Assembly (NCBI GenBank): GCA_030704615.1
Contig: CM060734.1
Span: forward strand, 40,486,001 to 40,550,000
Direction of reading: 5' to 3'
DNA from: Takakia lepidozioides
Taxonomy: Eukaryota; Plantae; Bryophyta
DNA: 64,000 nt
Shown here: one piece after another, positions 13,287-26,951 of the stretch
Position numbering within the stretch: position 1 is the first letter of the stretch
Layout of the letters: every line of letters starts with the position of its first letter
The notes under the pieces: generated by a model
Told to the model about the DNA's origin: nothing
The model's database searches: none
The model's input: the letters and a program-made list of their open reading frames with translations, nothing else
Position numbers and translations under genes: made by a program

Positions 13287-14740
13287 CTCATCTAGGCATC
13301 CCTTGCTATTCCAAACACTCGCCCAAGGGGCAAGGGTCTCTACAAAATGGATGCCTCTTTGTCCCGGAGTTCACACAAGGCATGCGGACAGCTTGGTCAC
13401 AGGCTGGGGATGCCTCTCAAAACCCATCAGACAAGTTTATGGCAAAGCTCAAAGCAGTGGGGGTGGTCAGCCAACAGATGAGTAGGGATATTGCTGCCAC
13501 TAGAAAAAGAAGGGTAAGGGCGCTCACCAAGTACTTATCTGTCTGTAAAAAATAATGGAATCCCCATGCTGTGATGAGGAGACTTTCAATACCTACCTGG
13601 AGGCGAAACAAAATCTTCAATTCTTCCAAGACCTGCAGGAGCAGAAGCTCAAGCTGTCAACATGAATAAATGTCTAAGTATTTTTTTGCAAAAACAAGGC
13701 TGAGAAAAGGCATGGCAGACAATATCTGAACTAGTTGACCGAGCCTCTGGTGAGTCCTTCTCGGACCCCAAACCCATGGCTACATTCGCTCCAGCCACTT
13801 TCAGATCCTCTTTCAAAGTGACATGCACGCAGCTCCAGCCACTCTTAATGCTTGCCTGGAACACTCTCCGGTTCTCAAATCCCCTGCTATGGCCGAGACA
13901 CATGCACTGTCCAAACTGAAGGATGGGAAGTGTCCAGGGATAGATGGAGTCTCTGTAGAATTCTACAGGAAGCTTTGGTCTGACATCTCATCCGATTTTT
14001 GGGCCATGTCCAACCACATTTTCCAATCAAACCATATGCCGGAAGTTATGTCACAAAGAGTCATCTCCCTACTTTTCAAAAAGGGAAACAGGACTGACTT
14101 AAGCAATTACAGGCCCATAACTCTCCTGAATGTTGCTTACAAGATAATAGCCAAGGGGCTGGCTCTACGTCTACAGCCTCTTCTTCCTTCTATCATCAGA
14201 CCCACCCAATCTAGGTTTATTAAAAGGGTAAAAAAGAGCTTGGGCAAAATGTGTTGCAGATTGTCACAAGACCCCAGGCAAGCGCTCGCAATCCATGCCA
14301 CATTCAGAGCGACGTGGGCCTGCCATGGCATCATTTGTCAAAGCGACGAGCAGGAACACTGTGTTTGGAACGCTCTCCCCCCTCAACGTTGGAGAGACCT
14401 CAGAGCTCCACTCCACGGCCTCGCCGGAATTTGAGAGAGACGTGAACTGGAAACACGTCAAGCACCCCGCCACAACTTCCAGGCGAAATTTCGTTAAAGC
14501 AAATCTGTAGATGAGCTCCTCGGTAATCTCAGCTGAGGGCTGCGACGTTTTTTGGAAGTCTCTTGGATAAGGCTAGGTTGTCTTTAGAGGTCTTCTCTCT
14601 CTTTGAAAAATGCTGCACTTTAGCGGCAGGTTTTGGATCACCCTTCACTGACCACACTGTGTAGCCCTCATGGTGCAAAAAGGGGTTTTATTTTTTTCCC
14701 AGCAATTTTGAAATAAATGGTCTATTCTTGAAAAAAAAAA

Positions 14741-15452
14741 AATTGACAAGCTGCCATGTGGTTTATACTTAAGAGCTTTTTTAGACCAATCATACTCTTC
14801 ACACGGTGTAAGGTCCATTGACCACATTTTCTCCATTGACTTCAACATGATGCAAAGTGTATGTCCTGAAGGGACAGAGCCAATAAAAATACCAATACCA
14901 TATTCATATACAGCCCAACACCAGATTCATATCCCAGTTGCTCATATATAGATACTTAGAGATACTTATATATAGATATAGATATATAGATACTTATACC
15001 AGCCTGGTATGAAAAAAATGGTCGGACCCTTCATACTCGGACCAGTCTGGTATTAAAAAATGGACATACCAGTCAGGAGTCTGTCCCCTGTTTTAAATTT
15101 AGCAAAAATAAAAACAAGCCTAAAACGGTGATGGGCTATCTTGCTTTGGCAAAACATAAGAGGAGGTGGGAGTAAGGGCCATACAGAACACACCAATCGG
15201 AGCCTTGACACTGTGTAAGGTCCTTAGACCACATTTTCTCCATCATTGACTTGAACATGTTGCAAAGTCTCTCTACAAGAAAGCCAATAGACAAGCCATA
15301 AACCGCGGGAGGCTCTATACATTGAAGCAACAATTTTGACAAGCTGCCATGTGGTTTATATACTTAAGAGCTTTTTAAGACCAATCATACTCTTGAGATG
15401 GTGATATAAGGTCCCTTGACCTCTTAGGGTCCGTTCAACATGATGCAAAGTC
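14741..15452. repeat. Dispersed ~115-bp direct repeats upstream of MVD
   Basis: TTGACAAGCTGCCATGTGGTTTATA...CATGATGCAAAGT at about 14741-14858 and 15335-15452, with a partial copy at about 15190-15272. Confidence 0.65.
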
Positions 15453-15663
15453 TCTGCCCCAAGAGAGCCAACAAAATGTCGTTCAAGTGAGAAAACTGAT
15501 GAGTAAACTAGTAGCTGTAAGTGGCATAGTGAAAACCGGGGGTTTACTGGAGTCTGAAGCCCATTTGACCTGGCATACCAGAAAATGGGACATCTTTGCT
15601 GTTGTCGTTTTGTTTGTTTGGTATATTTAGGTGGAGTGTGTCTGTGAGAGAGGGTGTATCGCG

Positions 15664-18600
15664 ATGGGGCAGGAAGGCAAGGAGTGGGTGCTCATGCGGA
15701 CTGCGAGGGCGCCCAGCAACATAGCAGTGATCAAGTACTGGGGCAAGCGGGATGAGAAGCTCATCCTTCCCATCAACTCCAGTATCAGTGTTACTCTTGA
15801 TCCTGAGCATCTGTCTGCCACCACAACTGTGGCTGTCAGTCCCTCCTTCCAGTCAGATCGCCTTTGGCTTAATGGAAAGGTATAATGCTTCTCTTTCAAG
15901 TCATTTCTTGTAGTGAGCCATTTTCTTTTTTGTTCCTACTCATATTTTTGGATTCTTCATTCGGTTATCTAGTTCAGATGCAACTTATGAACGGGACGGA
16001 GCATTTGAACAGTCTTTCATCTTTCCTAGCTGACTTAGTTGGCGGTACTCTTTCCTGTTCTGTTATGGATTTTCTGATATCGATGCCCGGTCTCGAGAAT
16101 AGTCAATCCTCTATACCTGGGTGTCATTGCGTGTGGGTGAACACTGTAGTGAAATCGGGCTGAGTTTCACACGCTGGTGGGTGAGAGCTCTAGAGTTTCC
16201 CTGGGGGTATGCCGTCAAGTGTATTATAGCCTACCTGGACCATTGAAGGTGCACATATGTGTTTTGGCGTCTTCAGTTGCAAACTCATTGTTCGGGCTTC
16301 TCTGTCATCGAGTTAGGTGAGGGTCATTCCCATTCCCTACAAAGGAGCTCAACTGTGAGGTTCATGGTTTGATGGTTGGATCGCAGGAGGTGTCGGTGGA
16401 AGGGGAAAGGTATAAGAACTGTCTGAGAGAGATGTGCACTCGAGCAACAGATGTAGTGGATGAGACGCTCGGGGTGGTGATTCATAAAGAAGAGTGGCAA
16501 AAAATGCATGTGCACATTGCATCAGAAAACAACTTCCCAACAGCTGCAGGCTTGGCTTCGTCCGCCGCTGGATTTGCTTGTTTAGGTGAGGGCTGTGCTA
16601 TGTGCAACTGTAACATGACAAACCAGACAGAGAAAGAGATGCATAAATACAGAGGTTTAATCTTCACAATTTTTGATAATACATGAATAGTAGTTTACCG
16701 CAACATACCTGTGGCCCATGCAATGCAGGAGAAGATGAGGACGAGGTCAATGACAAGAGAGTTGTAAGAATGTATATGGAGTTCATTTGTCACCATGTAG
16801 TCTCTGAGAACAATGTGAATAGAGCGGCATTGCAGTTTTTGCTCTTGCACAGCTGATGGGCGTGAAGGAAAAGTATGAAGGAGAGCTCTCAGCAATTGCA
16901 CGGTAAGTTATGCTGATATTTCAAGTCACCCATCTGGCCCTCTAACACAAAAAGAGGATCAGAGTTTCTCTCTTCCATGCTTTCTTGTGAACTTTGTGTG
17001 GAGATCAAGATAACTCCCAAGGGATGGCCTAGTGGCACTCTATGCAGTGCGTAAGACCAGTGAGCGATACAGTGGTTTGAACCCCTCTTCTAGACTCAGT
17101 GGAGCTCTGTTGCAATGGTTATGAAGAGCCCAATAAGTAGCCTTCTGCTTATAGAGCAATCTGAATATTGCCAGCTACAGCCCTTTCTCGACAATAAAGA
17201 CTCAGCTATGGTTTTATGGAGGGCTGCAGGCTGGGGTCCGGAAGTGCGTGTCGCAGTCTTTATGGTGGCTTCGTAAAGTGGAATATGGGTCAGGTGTTTT
17301 CACTTTTCTTCTCCCTCTGCTAGTTGTTGTTCACTGTGCAGACATAGAACGCAGCTGTTCTTCTCTTTTCTTTGCAGTGCATCCTTCAAGTAGGGGGGTT
17401 TACCAACTAGTTCTTTCAATTCTCTGGATGGCACGAGTCATGAGCAGATTGGAACCCTTATCTTAGGTGGTCTTTTATGCATGGTGCTGTCCCTGTTTTG
17501 GGGAGAGGGAGATGAAGAGGGAAGACAATTAGATTGCAAGAAGTTTGACGAGTGACTTCTGCTTGGAGAAAGGAAGGAGTCAGATGGAAAGGACAGCATT
17601 GCTACACAGTTGGCAGAGCACACCCACTGGAATGACATTGTCATCATCATTGCTGTGGTTTGTCTTCTTTCATTCATCCCTTAAGCTCCCTTGACTGGTC
17701 ATCTAGCTCATGTAAGCAGCTTCTTAATTTAATAGAGGACTAGGAACCTTTCATTATTTGTTCAGGTTGACTCTGACTGATGATTTATCCCAAGAAGCCC
17801 TTGGCAGGTTTAAAAGAAATCATTATCATGGATGCAGACAAATACACCAACAATTTCATTTATGTCTTCAAAAAAATCCATCTTCATTGCAGAAGTACAT
17901 TCTCCCTTATATATCTATATAATGGCCAATGAACAAAGTGAACTGATTACTTCAACATAACTGTCTATGTTATATCTAACCTGCACTTTGCAGACAGCAT
18001 CCTCTCTGTCTGAATACATACTGCAATGTGAGAAAGGCTCATGCCAATGTGCAGTATCCCTTCTCTGAAAAGGTTGCGTGTCTACAAAGTAGTTTTGTCC
18101 TATTGACTCTCAAATTAGTGGAACACAACAGCATCCCCCCTGAAGAAGAGCAACACAACTCCTCTGGAAACTGGTTGCTTGCTAAACTTCAACAGACGGG
18201 TGGATGCAGGTGAGTTCACGACAAAAGGAGACCAGCAGCACAGCAGGCATGCAAGAGAGTGTCCGAACCAGTTCTCTCCTCCAGTTCCGGGCTCAGGTAT
18301 TACTTCTCTTCCAACCTTACTGTAGCAGAATCCCCTGGAAACTGCTTGTCATTGCACATGCGTAAGCACCAAGGGTGAGATCCATCCTTCGATACTTTCA
18401 GGCTCCACAATCTGCTTCAGGAGAGGTTAACCCTTCATAACTTGTCTGTCTCATCTTGTGCCAACGAAGATAGGACTTACTGACATTAGTGGATGAATGT
18501 CTAACACTTCTCACTGATTAAAGTCAAGTTTGCGTGGGAGGGGATGAAAAGGTGGTGCCCAAGCGTATTGAGCAGATGGAGCAAGCAGTGGAAGCATGTG

Positions 18601-20181
18601 ATTTTGAAGAATTTGCCAAAATTACATGTGCAGACAGCAACCAATTTCATGCTACCTGCCTTGATACTTCCCCTCCCATCTTCTACCTCAATGACACTTC
18701 TCGCAAGTAAGCATCTTTCTTCCTCCTCGTGCTTTTGTTGACTATGACTAGCTTCACTTCCCAAATTCCGACAGAGGGAGTACTAAGCAGCACTCAGCTC
18801 TAAACAAGCCTCTAGATTCTAGTATATGCCACTATTGTTCTCTTTTGCCGAAGTAAACCACCAAACGCAGTACAAGCTGCTGCTGGCCAAGTTTATCCAT
18901 GGTGATGCCCCTCTTGAAGCCATTGTCTCGGAGATGGATCAGGAAAGGAGCATACCTCCAACCTGAAACAGATGGATTTGAAACTCTGCTATTAACAAAT
19001 AAGTGTTAGATCAGGTTTGGCAAGCCCAGGTGAGGGAACTTAATGATTCTCACAAGTGCAGAACATGTTCACTTTACTCTTAAAGGCATGGTCTCTACCA
19101 GATGAGAGCACAAGAAGCATTTCCGTTCACCGTAGATTTCTTGCACAGATATCCACCTCCCGCTGAAAACTTCTGACATCAACATCTTTCTACATTGAAT
19201 TCTCTAGATAACGTCTTCGGATTAGCATCATGTTGTGCCACCATTTTTGAAAAGAGGACTGTCTGCTGGTGATGACTTGTGCAGAATAATAGGGTTAGTT
19301 GAACGGTGGAACCGCTTTGAGGAAAACCCACAGGTAAAAATACCTTTCCCCCTCGCATTCTGTTCACCTCGTATGCATGCCCAGAAATTGTGGCCTGCAT
19401 GTTCTCACCACACCATCTGCTTCATAAAATCTGTGGATAGCAGTGGTCATCGTGTCTCATCACTTATGGTTGATAATGTGCTGTGTGGAAATTGTGATAG
19501 GTGGCCTACACATTTGATGCGGGCCCGAATGCAGTTTTGTTTGCACGCAACCAACAGGTTGCGGGACTTCTGCTGCAGCGCCTGCTTTATCAATTTCCTC
19601 CTTCACCTGATGTGAAACTCTCAAGGTTTCAAGCCTTAACCATCTAGTGTCTGCTCGCTCAGTTGCACTAATAGTCTTGTTGAACGTGTTGCTTGTTCTC
19701 ATATGTAGGACAACTGAATTGACAACCACATGATGGTTTGTGTTGCTATGAAGATGTACTCACTGACCATTCCCTGCAAGCAATTGTGATGTTGTATCCT
19801 TGAGACCATTGCTGTAATGGGATCAATGCTTTTGAACCCAGGTGTGGGCTTATCTGGTCACATTAGTTTTATGAGAGAGAGAGAAAGAGAGGTGGTGCAT
19901 TTTTGGGCAACTGGGGTCTGGCTGATATATGAGTGTGTAATTGCAGTTATGTGGTAGGTGATCTGAGCACTTTGGAGTCTGCTGGGATCGCTTCCCTACA
20001 GGATTTGAAATCCCTTTCAGTCCCAGCTGAAATGGTTGGTGCTGTTACTCCAGTAAGAACACCGGGAGAGCTTGGCTATCTTATTTGCACTCGTTCTGGA
20101 AAGGGCGCCCATCTATTGGAAGGAGCAAATTTGGCCCTTCTAGATCCTGTGTCTGGCCTCCCATTACAAAGTAAGCAATGA
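15664..20181 (+). CDS. MVD: Diphosphomevalonate (mevalonate diphosphate) decarboxylase, 10 exons: 15664-15879, 16387-16585, 16836-16902, 17230-17293, 17577-17657, 18210-18296, 18552-18706, 19285-19333, 19501-19625, 19947-20181
   Basis: GHMP-family motifs [62 protein letters not shown] and [15 protein letters not shown] introns join the exons into one open frame. Confidence 0.95.
17020..17100 (+). mobile_element. Possible tRNA-derived SINE relic in MVD intron 3
   Basis: A-box-like TGGCCTAGTGG and B-box-like GGTTTGAACCC at plausible spacing. No TSD or tail recognised. Confidence 0.3.
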
Positions 20182-21559
20182 GAAGTGTTTGGCAATAAAC
20201 TGGTTGAGGAAAGTGTAGCAAAATGTTTGGGACCATGTTTGGGACCAGGGCATTCGTCCAAAAGTTTGAGCAGACAGCATATAGAGTTTGTTGGTTATAG
20301 AGTATGTTGTAGAGGTTGTTAGCTATCATGCTGGCCAGAAACTCCCATCTTTTGGCTCTCAGACTGCATAGTAAACTTCAGTGACTTCCACAGCTTCAAG
20401 GACAGTGAAACTCGATAAATTGTAACTTCCAGTGCCTCCTTGAGTGTGGTAGCTCCTCATAGTTTGACCATGTTTTGTCGCGACATACAGTAGATTTTTG
20501 GAGATTGAACAGATGCCATCTTACAACCTATTTTGTATTTGTTTGAAGGAATTAGATCCATTTTTTTGCATAAAAATAGGAATCAAACACTAAAGACCCA
20601 CAATTTACGCCTCCTTTGGTAGGTGCCATGAACCCATCTGAACTTTGAATCTCTCTGGTGAAGTGTCAGGATTTTGTTTAGGGCTCTCCTTTCTGTAGTA
20701 GCTAGGGTAGGTAGTCCTTGCCCTACCTAGTTATGACGTCCCATGGATGAATTCCCCTCTCGTTGTACAGCCTTATGGCACTTGCAAGGCTTTTTTCCCT
20801 TGCCTATTTAATTCCACGAAACTTGAGGCTGCAATCCGCTTTCAGTTCTACACAAAAACAGGGCTATTGCCATAACCTGGAAAGCAACACCTTTGAGTTC
20901 CTCTCAAAAGCACATGTGCATCCATTGGGTAGGGTTTGTGTTACCGTCCCCGGACAACCGTTTAGGCGATAATTAATTCAAAATGAAAGTGCCTAACCAA
21001 TTCTGTGAATTTTTCAGATTTTGGCCTAATTGTTGGGAAATTATGGGACCAAAGTGCCTAATGCCCAAAAATTCCACCAAAAAACTTGCAAGCCTCTTCT
21101 CATGTTGTTTGTAATAAGATCAAAATTTGTTTGAACAAAAATCAATACAAATGTATGCATGCGGAAATAAAATAACTAGCCTACCAGCCTACCAAAGAGT
21201 ACCATTGTGTAAGAGGTTTCACTTTACCACCATACCAATTTGAAAACCAGTGTACTCAATGGTGAAAATTGCCAGGACAGATCGTAGCCTCTTAATACAA
21301 GCCACTTATCATATTTTGCAGTCAATTTAAAGTTGAACATGGTTTGATTTCCCGTGGCCCTTTTTTGGTGGTATTTTTTGCACCTTCTGTTGTAATGCAT
21401 TCCAGGGTAAAAAACCAAAAAAAGTTTGAAAAAGGGATGTTTAATGTCCAGCAGCTCCGCATGGAAGCTCAAAGTTTGCTGGGCTGCTTGCTCAAGATTA
21501 GGGTTAGCGGTAGGGAGACATTGCAGTGTGTGTAGATGAAGGATTGGAGGTGAGCCGAG

Positions 21560-24500
21560 ATGGGTTGGAAGGCAGCTCAAAAAGTATTCAAACAATGGCG
21601 AATCCTTCGTGGCGACAAGGTTATACTCTGCTTCTTTCATAGTCGCGTTCTGATGAGTGCGATTGTATGCATACTGAGAAGAAAGGGAAGAAAGCATGAG
21701 GACATTTGTTCCTGTTACAGTGGGTCGAATACAATGGATCTAGAGAAGCCATTTTGGGGGGTTTTCTAGTACCGCAAAAACTTCACCGGAATAGTCTTGA
21801 AGGTAAGACCGTTAAAGGGTTTATCATAATTTTGCAAACTGTGGAAGATTTGCACCAAACCTGACAGACTGGCAAGAGAATGCGAAAGTAGCGTTTCGTT
21901 TATTTCCCGTGATAATGGTTTGAGATTCTCGTTAGGTGGATCGTAGGTATAATTCAGGTGTGCACTGAGTTGGATGCAGGTGATGGTGATGGCAGGCAGG
22001 GATGCTGGACTCACGGGGACTATACAGCGTGTCATTCGTTCTCAAAATCGTGTCATTGTAGAGGGAAGGAATCTGGTGAGGCTCTTATTGTGTGTTAGAG
22101 AATCCCTGTATTGCACCATGGCCCATTATATGTCTGGCAGTCATTCAGGATTTTCACAAACGGACCTCATGAAGATTTTTTTGGAATATGAAGGAATGCA
22201 TGTCTCTTTATTACCTTTTTTTTTCCTGGTCCTTCTTATATTCGGACCTCGACGAAATTACGCGGTTTTTTAGGCGTCCCCACTTCTGATCATCTTGCAA
22301 TGTTTGTTATGGGTCTGACCTAAGCGTTTTTCGATCCCCCAGTAACCAGGGGGAAGATGGTGTTATGTTTTTTCTGCTGGCAGGTTAAGAAACATTTGAA
22401 GAGAACAGAAGAAAACCCTGGGGGAATTGTGACGATGGAGGCACCTATGCATGTCTCCAATGTGCAGCTTGTTGATCCTGTGACTGGGTGAGCTTTCTTG
22501 TCTTTTGTCAAAAGTGTGTGTTTGTACCATAACTTTACATGGTAGTCTTTGGCCATTTGCTTTTGGCAGCTCCAGTTTTCTCCACTGTGCGGCTTGTTGT
22601 CATTGTAACCGGAGACTGTTGCTTTCTTCTTGAATCCCACATGTTTTTGGGAAAGAAGGGCTCATGGCTTTTTACCTGCTTGCATGCGCACATGTATGAA
22701 GAAGAGAGATTGTACTCATAAGACGTTGTTTGCCGTAGCCTTGTGGCCATTGACCCCGCGCCCAGTTTGAGCGGGAACAAAAGGGACAGAACCTACCTCT
22801 GTCAGGGGCTGACATTGGTAGTGTGACTTACCATCATATATAGAATTAATCCGGGTTTTCCAGATATCCTCTAGAAATCCCTTCACACAAGCATCAATCT
22901 GCTGTGTGTGATTTGCCCAAAAACTAGGCCTCAGGAGGGCCTGGGCTTTTGGCTCAGCCTCGAGACTTTCAAAGTTGTTAAACAGGGGTACAGGCACAAT
23001 TCCCTTGATAGAATTGAAGAGAGCGTCTCTTTGGTGAGAGAACCCCGGACAGTGTATCAGAAAGTGAATACTGTCTTCAGATTGCCCACACAGCGGGCAA
23101 TTGCACTCTCCCTTTCCTCTCTGCTTCTGTTTGCTGTTCAAAGGTAGGCTTCCTGCCCTGAGTTTAAATTTCAGTCTAGTGTCGAGAGTGGGTAGACCCT
23201 TGAGGTCATCCAAGATGTCCTCCCCCATGTCACTGACTGGAAACAAGTTCAGGGAAGTTTTCTGCCTAACTTCATTTTCATCAGACAATCTCATGGCAAC
23301 AGACATGGCTGAGGACACTACAGCCTCTAAGTCAGATTTATCCAGCAGGGTCAAGACTTGCGGATCCAGGTCCAGGTCCTTGAGAATCTCTTCTACTCTC
23401 TTCTGCCAGGACTTAGCCTGTTTGACAGCGCATAGTTCCGGCAGGATTCAAATCCTCCTAGAGTTGTACGTGGGATTTTAAATCCCAATTTACAGAAGGA
23501 CACTCAAAATTGCAAGAGAATTTGTGCATAGTAACAAATGTACCCAAGGGGAGTAAGTTTTCAATTTTAGGGCCAGCCTATGCTGGTGCCAGCACTGCTA
23601 CTGCAGCCCTCTAACTCAGTATGAAGTGACACATGTGGCTGTGGTGCCAGTGAAACTGCAGTGACAGAAAGGCAGCAGACACACAGAAAGAGTGTGTGTG
23701 TGTACTCAAGGGACGTTGTTTGCTGTAGGCTTGTGGCGTTAGACTCTGCGCCCAGAGACGTTATGTCTCTCTATGAGAGAGAATATACTCAGACTTTGTT
23801 TGTCTTTCTATGAGAGTATATACTAAGACTTTGGTTGCTGTCGCCTTGTGGCCATAGACCCCATGCCCAGCTCAGATGAAGATCTCTATGAGAGAGAGGG
23901 AGAGAATTGCTCTTTTTAATCCATGTGAAGCTCTCAAGCCTGATCACAATGGAGTGGTTGTGTGGGGGCAACACGGGTGCAGAGCGCCATGCCGTGTAAC
24001 ATACAGGTACTTGGAGGATGGCACCAAGGTGCGCATCTCCACAGGGGGGACAGCATCAGGCAGTATCATCCCACGCCCAGCAATTTTGAAAGAGAGACGC
24101 AAACCACGGCCCCTTGAAGGTGCTCCTTAAATTGGCATTATCCAAATTCTTACATCTTATTACGGGAGCCAGAAAGTCAGAGTTGTCCTGTAAAGACATT
24201 GTTCTCCTTACACTCACTCTAACTTAAATGCATTATACAAGTGCTTGGATACCTTGGCCTGTGACGTGGTTGAATCATTTAGGACCTAGTATTTAGAAAC
24301 ATATGTAGTTTTATATGACCCTCAGTTCACAAACAATGATTCTCCAGCAATCAGAGTTCAGGGTGTTTCTCCCTGGTTTTAGTTAGATCTGGTTTGAGAA
24401 ACCAATTTGTATACCTGCTGATTGTTCGGGGCCTAAATAACAGCTCAAGCACTACTAAGAAGCTGTTGTAAATGGTTGGATGGTTGCAGCTGGCACGAAG

Positions 24501-24581
24501 GACACAACCAAGGAAATAGTTTTGGAGAGAACTTTGGATCCAGCTTTAGGGAGGCCAGGTCTACCTGAGCTTTTAACATGA
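21560..24581 (+). CDS. RPL24: Mitochondrial-type 50S ribosomal protein L24 (uL24m), 5 exons: 21560-21619, 21980-22075, 22384-22487, 23983-24119, 24490-24581
   Basis: [24 protein letters not shown] motif [10 protein letters not shown]...[40 protein letters not shown]...[13 protein letters not shown]. Introns are GT-AG. Confidence 0.93.
22705..23480 (-). mobile_element. 5'-truncated non-LTR retrotransposon 3' end (RTEX/L2/CR1-like C-terminus) in RPL24 intron 3
   Basis: ORF 22716-23354 with [11 protein letters not shown]...[18 protein letters not shown] zinc-finger-like C-terminus. Ends in ...TATGAGTACAATCTCTCT. Confidence 0.75.
23701..23875 (-). repeat. Short degenerate copies of the 3' tip of the same non-LTR element
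   Basis: TGTACTCAAGGGACGTTGTTTGCTGTAGGCTTGTGGC (about 23701) and TACTAAGACTTTGGTTGCTGTCGCCTTGTGGCCATAGACCCC (about 23821) match 22711-22770. Confidence 0.6.
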
Positions 24582-26951
24582 CTTGGGTAGTCTGTGCTTG
24601 CTGCCAAGCAACTCAGGATGGGTTTGCTAACCTTGTAGCCATGTAGAGCAGAGGTGTAAGCTAAACCAGGTTGGAGACTTTCATGGGGAAGCTGCTCATC
24701 TCCTCTGCCACCATCTCTTAGGCATGAATGCCTCCCTAATGAAATATTGCAGGGTAAAAGTTTGTAAATGTCAATTTAAGTAAGGTCAATGTCCTTTAAT
24801 ACTTTTGTCTTCCAATTTTTTCTTCTTATTTGTCCACCTGTCTTGAACAAGTTGTAAGCTGGCAGACAGTGAAAGGTTGTTATTCAAAATCCACTCCAAC
24901 CAACATTTTGACTGCTGTGTGAGCTGAGTTTGCCTTTGGCATGACAAGCTGTGCTGCTTAGACAAAAATTTATTCCTCTTTTGTTAACCAACTCTATTCT
25001 CCCTCAATGGTGGCCATCATTTTTTAGGTAAGTTTCTCTTACAACAGGCCATACTCTACAAGACGTGCAGATGAAGAATTTAGGCAGTTTTGTATGTCAC
25101 CAATGCAGCAGGACTATCTGCACATTCTTATCTATGATCTCATTTTCTTCCAGGGAAGTAACAACACCTGGACTTACCTAAGGCACTTTATTGTCCACAG
25201 AACCTATGCTAAGTCTATTTTAGTAGTCACAAATTTGCTTAGCACCTAACTTGAGTCCATGTAATTAACAGATTTTGCTCGCATCAAGTCAAATTCTCTC
25301 GGTATGTTCGATGGGGTAAAAATGAGTGCTGCCATTGCTTGAACTGGGACTGCAACTGTGCAAGTGCAACCGTTTCTCCTGGCTGGAACACTTCTCCTGC
25401 AGAAAATTCCAAGCTCACTCATCAGTACTGTAAAGCATCCTGTCATGAACAAAGGGCCTGCTCAACGTGAATTGCCTGGTACCAGCTACTCCTCCAAAAA
25501 ATTTGGCATCTCTCTTAATGCAGGCCTGCTTTCAGCCCTTTCCACATAGACCAACATGGCCGATGTGGCTAACATCGTTACCTGGGGGAGGCTGGGGGGA
25601 AGAGTGCTGCTCTCTGCTTTGCCCCAGAAAGAAGTTGACAGGAAGTTTAGTAGGAAAAAGGCTTGAAGGTAAAGACTATTCCCCTCAGACAAATTAGTAC
25701 CTGCTGACGGCATGGGCTATCTGAAAATGGCCATGGATCTGTCATGATGCAGACTGGTGAGGAGATGTTAGTTGAGAATCCCTTCAGCAATGCTCAACAA
25801 CTGGTCTGTCACCAATGCTGACCACTAGACTTTACACTCCATAGCACATACGCTTTCTGCCTTGGGTAAACTTGCCAACATTGCTTAGAGGACAGTTGAT
25901 AGGTTGGCTGGATTGACAAGGATGGTAAGCCTGCTGAAACATTTAGTATATAGGACGGGTACAAACAAGAACTGCATGGGTTTGAATTTTACCTGCAGCA
26001 TGGAAGGGAAGATGAACAGGACAAAGGTCTGATTTGGCAAAATTGTCCTGGGAGTCGAACACGAGAGATTCACTTGTTCCAGGGTCCATTCGTTCTCCAA
26101 CAAAGGTGCAAAAAGCATCTGTCTCCAATAATGAAAGAGACTCTTTCACTAAATTTTCTCTCCCAGACTCGCATGTACTTGTATCTAAGCCAGACTGATG
26201 CTCAGAATCCACAGCCCTACCAGTCATATCAGGACAAAGAGAGGATGGCCCCACCTTGGTGATGTTGGGCCCTAAAAACTGCTTCCTTGGGAAGTCCTTA
26301 CACGGAAAATCCCTACTGGGAATATGGTATCGCACAATGTGAAACTTTGGACATCCCTCCTTGCCAAATACAGTATTTGGCCAACTCTCAACAGAATCAG
26401 CAAGGGAGATTACTGGGCCAGCCGCTTGTTCCTGCTCCTCTTTCACAAGACGTTCAACGATGCGCCCCACATCTCTACACGCTTCAAGAAGTAACTGGTG
26501 GCCCTTGCCAAGGTATACTTCATGCTTAGTCCCTCGCAAATGTTCTGAATGAGTCCCTCTGCTTCTTTTAGATTCTTCAACAGTACATTGTCTATGGACC
26601 TCACCTTGTCTGTCTGAAGCACCATTTCCATGAGACATGTAGCCAGTAGTCTTCAGCTGGTCTGATTCCAGCAAGAAGGGTAGCGGAACAGTTGTGCTCT
26701 CCAAGTTATGGCCACCTGAATCAATGGGAGCCAGGCAATCCTCTAAAGGGAACTCCTCTTTAACACCTGCCAGGCTCTGGCTTCTAGTTGCAGCGTTGTT
26801 TGATACACAATCTGCAAGCAACGTGGACAAGAAACTTGGGAAGAGGTGACGTTTGTGACGAGGATCCAGAACATCAGAAGGCATGCCAGCCACCAGATGG
26901 GCAAGGTTGGCAGGTAGGCCCCTTTGCAGGACCTTGTGCGTAATCTCATAT

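Larger units (their letters stand above)
4868..14228 (+). mobile_element. L1/Tx1-like LINE, 5' portion (ORF1 tail, APE endonuclease, N-terminal RT); interrupted by an LTR element at 6309-13286 and broken off at about 14228
   Basis: Endonuclease motifs IASWNIRGL, FLQEHKL, INIYAPN, DFN, FTWSN, ARLDRFY and DH at about 5570-6300. The sequence resumes at 13287. RT N-terminus KCPGIDGVSVEFY...NYRPITLLNVAYKIIAK...IRPTQSRFIK at about 13930-14225. The 5' boundary is uncertain. Confidence 0.85.

Noticed and set aside
14868-15090. Possible hAT-like MITE (GGGACAGA ... TCTGTCCC)
   Set aside because: The inverted match is short and no TSD was found.
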